Source: a virus. Taken from it: DNA of 64,000 nucleotides. Position numbers and translations under genes: made by a program. Shown one piece after another: positions 1 to 4,677 of this stretch; within the stretch, counting starts at the first letter, position 1; every line of letters begins with the position of its first letter. Under the pieces are notes generated by a model that saw nothing but the letters and a program-made list of their open reading frames with translations, did no database searches and was not told the DNA's origin. The stretch lies in the IMG/VR virus record IMGVR_UViG_3300021962_000073, positions 13,978-77,977 of that record; one strand, 5' to 3'.

Positions 1-95
1 GCAATACATTGAAACTCATATTGAAGAATATGAAGGCACTCGGTGTCTTCGCGATTATTTTGAATTTGTTAAATTTGCAAAATCAGGAGTTTGAT

Positions 96-305
96 ATGAA
101 CGTCGAAAATCAAATGAATGTCCGTCGTGAAGTTCAAAGTGTTGTTGATTTGTTCAACAAAGTTCATGACAAAAAATACAACGGATATGCCTACGGTGCT
201 GGATATCTTGGCTCAATGTTGAGTGAAGTTATTTCGAATCTTCCTAAGCGTAAGCGAGAGGTCTATGTCAAGCAATTGATGCGTACAATTCAGGAAAATG
301 TATGA
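96..305 (+). CDS. hypothetical protein
   Basis: ORF track 9..305; better start at ATG 96 after SD CAGGAG. Confidence 0.65.
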   Translation: MNVENQMNVRREVQSVVDLFNKVHDKKYNGYAYGAGYLGSMLSEVISNLPKRKREVYVKQLMRTIQENV

Positions 306-314
306 TGGCTTTTC

Positions 315-515
315 TTAGCGCACTTTTTTCTGTGATTTTGTGGAAGATGGCTCAAAAAGATTTTGAGAATGGAAGAAATGGCTCCGGATGGGCGGCTTTG
401 TTTCTAAGCGCAGCCAACGGAGCCTGTGCTGCTCACCTAATTCTAAATTAGAGTCTAATTCCTCTTTGACGCAATCTTTCTTCGTAAGTCTTTGCTCTAC
501 CTTCGGCGATACCAT
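315..515 (-). CDS. small hypothetical protein
   Basis: 66-aa ORF filling the gap downstream of 549..704; no recognisable motif. Confidence 0.35.
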   Translation of the reverse strand: MVSPKVEQRLTKKDCVKEELDSNLELGEQHRLRWLRLETKPPIRSHFFHSQNLFEPSSTKSQKKVR

Positions 516-548
516 TAAATACTATCTTGATAATGTCTAGAATTTTTT

Positions 549-704
549 TCATCGGGAAAATCCTTTTCTGTTGTGGTCAAGTTGACGAAGGATTCTCTCT
601 ACATCCACAATATCCTGAGCATATTTGAAATGACATTCATTGAAAGTTTTTTCGTCATATTGTCTTATTTTTAGAGAGATATAATCTAAAATTTTCTTAA
701 TCAT
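549..704 (-). CDS. small DUF3563-like protein
   Basis: 51 aa from ATG 704, motif YAQDIVDVERILRQLD; late-type TATAAATA on the minus strand at about 755-762. Confidence 0.5.
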   Translation of the reverse strand: MIKKILDYISLKIRQYDEKTFNECHFKYAQDIVDVERILRQLDHNRKGFSR

Positions 705-787
705 TTTTGACCTTTTGGGTTTATTTTGTAATTGATGAGGTTTTGCCTCATTTGTATTTATATTGCACTGCAACAAAGGAATAAATA

Positions 788-931
788 ATGCACATTCAAG
801 ATGACGCATTGAAAGCCTTGTGGCAGGCTCTAAAGCTGTTAGAAAAAGCTGAAGCTAGCCACTATCTTTTATTAAGAATGCGTGAACTAATTTCTCTAGC
901 TGAAGAAGAAATGGATGAATCTGATGATTGA
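788..931 (+). CDS. small hypothetical protein (47 aa)
   Basis: Hand translation MHIQDDALKALWQALKLLEK...MDESDD; SD AAGGA upstream; below the ORF-track cutoff. Confidence 0.5.
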   Translation: MHIQDDALKALWQALKLLEKAEASHYLLLRMRELISLAEEEMDESDD

Positions 932-1021
932 TAAAATCAAGCGAAAGATCGCAAATTTGTACTACGATTACAATTTCAATTTTACATTCATCGAATGGAT
1001 TTTTATTTTAGGAATTTTAAC

Positions 1022-1159
1022 ATGGTTACTAAGCGTCGCAATTCGGTAGCGAAGGATCTTCGTACACCTAAGTATAGTATGCGTGTGGTGCCGCTCGTAA
1101 AAATATACAATCGTAAAAAAGAGGAACGAAAGATGATTCGTGAACAGAGATATGAGTGA
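1022..1159 (+). CDS. ArfA-like small basic protein (45 aa)
   Basis: MVTKRRNSVAKDLRTPKYSMRVVPLVKIYNRKKEERKMIREQRYE; SD AGGA; pattern N..L..P.(F/Y)..RV...Y.RK resembles ribosome-rescue factor ArfA. Confidence 0.55.
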   Translation: MVTKRRNSVAKDLRTPKYSMRVVPLVKIYNRKKEERKMIREQRYE

Positions 1160-1499
1160 AAGAGAATATCTGGAAAAATGTGATGGATTAGCTTTTATTC
1201 CGGGTGAAGAGGGTGAGACTGAGATTAGGTTCATGACATTTCATGAACCCATGAAAGGAAAAATTCAAGTATCAAGTTCTGGTGGTGTATACTATCATGT
1301 TTGTTTTTTGAAGTATGATGAATCGGACAATTTAGTTTTCGATGATTCGTTTGATGCGATTTTTATGGACCCACTAGAATATATTAAAGGTCTGGTTGGT
1401 ACGAATATTTACGGAACTATGATCAAAAAGCGGGAAAATTCTGATGCTTGGTTTCAAAAATACTTGACAGAGATAAAAGAAAAAGTTAAACTATCTTAA
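1152..1499 (+). CDS. hypothetical protein
   Basis: ORF track 1140..1499; ATG 1152 overlaps the end of the preceding ORF. Confidence 0.7.
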   Translation: MSEREYLEKCDGLAFIPGEEGETEIRFMTFHEPMKGKIQVSSSGGVYYHVCFLKYDESDNLVFDDSFDAIFMDPLEYIKGLVGTNIYGTMIKKRENSDAWFQKYLTEIKEKVKLS

Positions 1500-1514
1500 A
1501 TTCGATATGGAGTC

Positions 1515-1820
1515 GTGATGAAAATGATTGATAATGTTAATGCAAACACTTTCGCTGATCAAAAAGCTAGGGATTGGTTGGTTGGCGTTCTTCGTGAACA
1601 GGCTGTCACTGTTACTTTCACAAAACAAGATGGCACTGAACGTGTAATGAATTGTACCTTGTATGAAGGTGATATTCCTGTCGAACAAGCACCAAAAGGA
1701 TCGAGTCGTTCTAAACCAACCGAAGCTCTTGCTGTTTTTGACATTGAAGCAAAAGGTTGGCGTTCATTTCGTTGGGATGCAATTAAAGAAGTTAAATTTA
1801 CACTGGGTCAAGCAAAATGA
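1515..1820 (+). CDS. SH3-fold / WYL_2-like (DUF2693-type) phage protein
   Basis: VTVTFTKQDGTERVMNCTL...FDIEAKGWRSFRWD motif typical of this T4-like family. Confidence 0.75.
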   Translation: MMKMIDNVNANTFADQKARDWLVGVLREQAVTVTFTKQDGTERVMNCTLYEGDIPVEQAPKGSSRSKPTEALAVFDIEAKGWRSFRWDAIKEVKFTLGQAK

Positions 1821-2116
1821 AAAAGTACATTGTTGAAACTATTTCCACTTTTCGTAATGTTCATGTAATTGAAGCTGAGAATGAGGATCATCTTTTGCAA
1901 ATTGCAGAAGAGTGTGATCCAAATTGGGATGATTGGCTAGGTTCAATTAAGCATGATGTAACTGAATACTCTGAAGAAGCAATCTCAAAGTATAAGACAC
2001 GAAAATATTTTTGGAATGGTTCCGTTTTTGTTGATGAAGAAGGATATGTTTGCTATCGAGATGTTGACGGAACAGTTCGAAAATCTAGCTCACATAAAAT
2101 TGATTTAAACCCTTGA
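1817..2116 (+). CDS. hypothetical protein
   Basis: 99-aa ORF coupled to the previous gene (ATGA overlap). Confidence 0.7.
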   Translation: MKKYIVETISTFRNVHVIEAENEDHLLQIAEECDPNWDDWLGSIKHDVTEYSEEAISKYKTRKYFWNGSVFVDEEGYVCYRDVDGTVRKSSSHKIDLNP

Positions 2117-2141
2117 CAAAGAGAAAAAAAGCATATATAGT
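2113..2141 (+). promoter_or_regulatory. sigma70 promoter of the tRNA-array leader
   Basis: TTGACA 2113-2118, 17-nt spacer, TATAGT 2136-2141; predicted +1 near 2148. Confidence 0.8.
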
Positions 2142-2147
2142 ATTACT

Positions 2148-2264
2148 ATGATTAAAACCAAACATTATTTTAGACCCATAACACGATCAACATCGTGGCA
2201 GCCATCCTTTTATCTGGAGATTGGTAATGCCTGCGATAATAAGATTTTAGGGGTTTGTGTATAG
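2148..2264 (+). CDS. putative attenuator leader peptide (38 aa, all 20 amino acids)
   Basis: MIKTKHYFRPITRSTSWQPSFYLEIGNACDNKILGVCV*; ATG at the predicted +1 with no SD; last codons overlap the antiterminator strand. Confidence 0.65.
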   Translation: MIKTKHYFRPITRSTSWQPSFYLEIGNACDNKILGVCV

Positions 2265-2295
2265 TTGTAGCATAGTAGAAATTCACACAAACCCC
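2250..2295 (+). promoter_or_regulatory. antiterminator hairpin
   Basis: GGGGTTTGTGT 2250-2260 is perfectly complementary to ACACAAACCCC 2285-2295, which overlaps the 5' arm of the terminator. Confidence 0.75.
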
Positions 2296-2326
2296 AGACA
2301 CCAAAAGGTCTCTGGGGTTTTTTATT
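2289..2326 (+). terminator. intrinsic terminator (attenuator) upstream of the first tRNA
   Basis: AAACCCCAGA 2289-2298 / TCTGGGGTTT 2311-2320 stem, inner ACC/GGT pairs, T6 tract 2318-2323. Confidence 0.85.
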
Positions 2327-2332
2327 AGTTGT

Positions 2333-2344
2333 TGTTCTTTAAAA
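2333..2344 (+). promoter_or_regulatory. boxA-like antitermination element
   Basis: TGTTCTTTAAAA versus rrn boxA TGCTCTTTAACA, just before tRNA-Gln. Confidence 0.65.
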
Positions 2345-2358
2345 ATTTAGTTTTCTAT

Positions 2359-2432
2359 TGGGGTATGGTGAAATGGCATCACACTCGATTTTGATTCAAG
2401 TATTCTTGGTTCGATTCCAAGTACCCCTGCCA
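2359..2432 (+). tRNA. tRNA-Gln(TTG)
   Basis: Cloverleaf, anticodon loop TT-TTG-AT, T-loop TTCGATT, encoded CCA. Confidence 0.9.
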
Positions 2433-2439
2433 AAATTTA

Positions 2440-2532
2440 GGAAGTGTGGCAGAGCCCGGTTTAATGCAATGCTCTTGAAAAGCATCGGACGTTAAAAGCG
2501 TTCCGTGAGTTCGAATCTCACCGCTTCCACCA
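2440..2532 (+). tRNA. tRNA-Ser(TGA)
   Basis: Loop CT-TGA-AA, long variable arm, CCA. Confidence 0.92.
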
Positions 2533-2540
2533 AATTTAAT

Positions 2541-2632
2541 GGAAAGATGGATGAGTGGTTTAAATCGGCACCCTGCTAAGGTGTTGGTTTGCGAAAGCAG
2601 GCCCGTGGGTTCGAATCCCACTCTTTCCACCA
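2541..2632 (+). tRNA. tRNA-Ser(GCT)
   Basis: Loop CT-GCT-AA, long variable arm, CCA. Confidence 0.92.
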
Positions 2633-2638
2633 AACAAT

Positions 2639-2733
2639 GGTAGGTAGCACTGGTGTGCGGCTGAGTCTTATAAGCTCGGGAGATCGGTCAGATGGGCTGA
2701 AACGGAAGAGTTCGAATCTCTTACCTACTACCA
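2639..2733 (+). tRNA. non-canonical tRNA with TAT anticodon (tRNA-Sec/allo-tRNA-like fold)
   Basis: GGTAGGT/ACCTACT acceptor, D-arm GCAC-TGGT-GTGC, 6-bp anticodon stem with loop CT-TAT-AA, long V-arm, TTCGAAT, ACCA. Confidence 0.7.
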
Positions 2734-2740
2734 AATTCAT

Positions 2741-2818
2741 GCACAGGTGGCAGAGTGGCCCAATGCAAGAGTCTGCAAAACTCTAAAACCGTCGGTTCGA
2801 ATCCGACCCTGTGCTCCA
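2741..2818 (+). tRNA. tRNA-Cys(GCA)
   Basis: Loop CT-GCA-AA, U73 discriminator, CCA. Confidence 0.92.
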
Positions 2819-2875
2819 GTTGTAAAAAAACAACAACAAAAAAGTTGTTGACATAGTTTGTGGAATCTGTATAAT
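2819..2875 (+). promoter_or_regulatory. internal sigma70-type promoter with upstream GTTG-N8-CAAC box
   Basis: GTTG-TAAAAAAA-CAAC 2819-2834; TTGACA 2848-2853, 16-nt spacer, TATAAT 2870-2875. Confidence 0.8.
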
Positions 2876-2896
2876 AGATTCTGTTGATGATGTAAA

Positions 2897-2908
2897 TGCT
2901 CTTTAAAA
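2897..2908 (+). promoter_or_regulatory. boxA-like antitermination element
   Basis: TGCTCTTTAAAA between the promoter and tRNA-Glu. Confidence 0.7.
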
Positions 2909-2921
2909 ACTGTTGTTCGAT

Positions 2922-2996
2922 GCACCGTTCGTCTATCGGTTAGGACGCTAGCCTTTCACGCTGGAAAGACGAGTTCGATTCTCGTACGGTGTACCA
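2922..2996 (+). tRNA. tRNA-Glu(TTC)
   Basis: Loop CT-TTC-AC, CCA. Confidence 0.92.
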
Positions 2997-3128
2997 TATT
3001 GAAACACACTTACACTGTGGCGCTTTGTCCGTCCCTGGTTTAAAACGGGATATCGCATAAACAGTTCAAGCCCCGGTCGCTCCGGTCTGCTGTGTAAAAG
3101 AGAGACGGTCGAGTGTGTTTCAATATGG
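2994..3128 (+). ncRNA. stem-enclosed ncRNA cassette 1 (unknown)
   Basis: Perfect 17-bp closing stem CCATATTGAAACACACT/AGTGTGTTTCAATATGG around about 100 nt with internal hairpins. Confidence 0.6.
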
Positions 3129-3202
3129 GCCTATAGCTCAGAGGTCAGAGCAGTGAACTCATAATTCATTGGTCGTAGGTTCGAAACCTACTGGGCCCAC
3201 CA
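3127..3202 (+). tRNA. tRNA-CAT (Ile2 or Met)
   Basis: Loop CT-CAT-AA; GGGCCTA acceptor is Ile2-like. Confidence 0.88.
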
Positions 3203-3208
3203 AAATTC

Positions 3209-3282
3209 GCGGGTATAACTTAGTGGTAAAGTAACTGGCTTTTAACCAGTAAATCCGAGTTCGATTCTCGGTGCCCGTACCA
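3209..3282 (+). tRNA. tRNA-Lys(TTT)
   Basis: Loop CT-TTT-AA, CCA. Confidence 0.92.
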
Positions 3283-3287
3283 AATAT

Positions 3288-3374
3288 GGATGCGTAGCCA
3301 AATGGTTGACGGCAGCGGGCTGTAAACCCGTGACATAAGAAACGCTGGTGGTTCGAATCCATCCGCATCCACCA
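3288..3374 (+). tRNA. tRNA-Tyr(GTA)
   Basis: Loop CT-GTA-AA, extended variable region, CCA. Confidence 0.92.
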
Positions 3375-3383
3375 AGTTTAGAT

Positions 3384-3459
3384 GGGGGTCTAGCGAGTAA
3401 CATCGCTCAGTCTTAAACGACAGCAAAAGAATGTCGAGAGGACATCCAATTGCGCCCCT
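3384..3459 (+). ncRNA. possible small multi-stem RNA
   Basis: GGGGT/GCCCC closing stem with hairpins AGCGA/TCGCT, GTC/GAC and ATGTC/GACAT; no T-loop or CCA. Confidence 0.35.
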
Positions 3460-3464
3460 TAATC

Positions 3465-3539
3465 GGTTCCATAGTATATCGGCGAGTATAGCGCCCTGTC
3501 ACGGCGCAGGAACGGGTTCGAGTCCCGTTGGGACCGCCA
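3465..3539 (+). tRNA. tRNA-Asp(GTC)
   Basis: Loop CT-GTC-AC, G73, CCA. Confidence 0.92.
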
Positions 3540-3545
3540 GAATGA

Positions 3546-3621
3546 TCCGGAGTAGCACAGCGGTAGTTGCAGCGCACTGTTAATGCGCCTGTCGTTGGTT
3601 CGATCCCAACCTCCGGAGCCA
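3546..3621 (+). tRNA. tRNA-Asn(GTT)
   Basis: Loop CT-GTT-AA, CCA. Confidence 0.92.
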
Positions 3622-3623
3622 AA

Positions 3624-3700
3624 GCCCTCTTACTCCAATTGGTAGAGAGGACGGTCTTAGAAGCCGTAAAGTCTCAGTTCGAATCTGAGAGAGGGCACCA
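3624..3700 (+). tRNA. tRNA-Leu(TAG), short variable arm
   Basis: Loop CT-TAG-AA, only about 5 nt of variable region, CCA. Confidence 0.85.
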
Positions 3701-3822
3701 TATTGAAATATTCTGAGTAGCTACAGCGGAACAACTGATTGCTTGCCAATTCTAGACAAAGCAAGGATCAGCCGTGAAGAGGGGCTATCGCGGATTCAAG
3801 TGCCACAGAATGTTTCAATATG
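3699..3822 (+). ncRNA. stem-enclosed ncRNA cassette 2 (homologous to the tmRNA intervening segment)
   Basis: 17-bp closing stem 3699-3715/3806-3822; cargo shares sequence and covarying stems with 21658-21753. Confidence 0.75.
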
Positions 3823-3823
3823 A

Positions 3824-3945
3824 CCATATTGAAGCGCATAATCGATAGTATACTCAGAACAGGAGTGACTGCCTGGTGCGTATACTTGTAGAGAGATGTA
3901 AAAAGGCCCCGCTGGTCACGGTTATCTCAGTGCGTTTCAATATGG
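3824..3945 (+). ncRNA. stem-enclosed ncRNA cassette 3 (unknown)
   Basis: 15-bp closing stem CCATATTGAAGCGCA/TGCGTTTCAATATGG; internal AGTATAC/GTATACT and GAGAT/ATCTC stems. Confidence 0.6.
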
Positions 3946-3959
3946 TTCTGCAAAATTGA

Positions 3960-4080
3960 TGATGGCAAATCCGCCCAACCATCAGGGCGACTACTTAACC
4001 CTATTGAACGTCTTGCCAACGAGGAGTGGAGAATAGGGGAGTCCAAGAGGACTCTTAAACGGGTGATGGTAACCATACCT
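3960..4080 (+). ncRNA. possible structured RNA with pseudoknot potential
   Basis: CGCCC/GGGCG, CCCTATT/AATAGGG and GAGTCC/GGACTC stems; loop ACCATCA is complementary to TGATGGT 4064-4070. Confidence 0.45.
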
Positions 4081-4084
4081 TTTC

Positions 4085-4162
4085 GGGCCTCTAGCTCATG
4101 TTGGTTAGAGCAGCGAACTCATAATTCGTTGGTGCGCGGTTCGACTCCGCGGGGGCCCACCA
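4085..4162 (+). tRNA. tRNA-CAT (Ile2 or Met)
   Basis: Loop CT-CAT-AA, CCA. Confidence 0.88.
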
Positions 4163-4175
4163 TATATAATGTATT

Positions 4176-4250
4176 GGGCTGCTAGTGATAATGGGAGCAC
4201 GCCGCCTTTGCACGGCGGAGGTTGGAGTTCGATCCTCCAGCGGTCCACCA
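4176..4250 (+). tRNA. tRNA-Ala(TGC)
   Basis: Loop TT-TGC-AC, G3:U70 pair, CCA. Confidence 0.92.
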
Positions 4251-4258
4251 AGTTTTTC

Positions 4259-4333
4259 GCCCCTATAGTTAAATGGCTATAACAGTTGCCTTGTAAGCAT
4301 CAATTCCTAGTTCGATTCCAGGTGGGGGCACCA
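4259..4333 (+). tRNA. tRNA-Thr(TGT)
   Basis: Loop CT-TGT-AA, CCA. Confidence 0.9.
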
Positions 4334-4340
4334 AGTTTTA

Positions 4341-4418
4341 CCGAGTGTAGGATAGTCCGGTTATTCCGCCTGCTTTGGGAGCAGGAAATCGTGTGTTCGA
4401 ATCACACCACTCGGACCA
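4341..4418 (+). tRNA. tRNA-Pro(TGG)
   Basis: Loop TT-TGG-GA, C1:G72, CCA. Confidence 0.92.
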
Positions 4419-4426
4419 GTTTCTAT

Positions 4427-4505
4427 TCCGCAGAACCCGAGCAAGGTGCATGGGCTTGACTGTTAATCAATGGTTAGCAGGGTTCGATTCCCTGATGCGG
4501 AGCCA
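4427..4505 (+). tRNA. second, atypical tRNA-Asn(GTT)
   Basis: Loop CT-GTT-AA; unusual D-arm and 7:66 mismatch; CCA. Confidence 0.75.
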
Positions 4506-4513
4506 ATTTCAGA

Positions 4514-4587
4514 TGCGGGTTGGAGAAAAGGTATCTCGGGAGTCTCATAAGCTCCAGTTGGTGGTTCGATTCCATCATCCGCTACCA
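4514..4587 (+). tRNA. tRNA-CAT, initiator (fMet)-like
   Basis: 1:72 mismatch (T:T), loop CT-CAT-AA; anticodon stem GGAGT/GCTCC. Confidence 0.8.
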
Positions 4588-4593
4588 AGTTAC

Positions 4594-4668
4594 GGTTCAA
4601 TGACGTAGAAAGATGCGTACCGGTTTCATAAGCCGAGGAGAGTGGAGCGTTACCACTTTGAACCACCA
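4594..4668 (+). tRNA. tRNA-CAT with atypical T-loop
   Basis: GGTTCAA/TTGAACC acceptor, loop TT-CAT-AA, T-loop AGCGTTA, CCA. Confidence 0.75.
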
Positions 4669-4677
4669 GGAGATATT

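Noticed and set aside
2639-2733. Reading the odd tRNA as an ochre suppressor (TTA), implying stop-codon recoding
   Set aside because: The 7-nt loop CTTATAA centres on TAT, and conserved genes here end normally at TAA, TAG and TGA in the standard code.
2831-2850. CAACAAC-A6-GTTGTTG hairpin as a terminator after tRNA-Cys
   Set aside because: Weak stem with no U-tract; it overlaps the operator-like box and the -35 element.
3714-3808. Assignment of the repeated RNA motif to hammerhead, twister, pistol or hairpin ribozymes
   Set aside because: I could not find their catalytic core sequences by eye; left unassigned pending an Rfam search.
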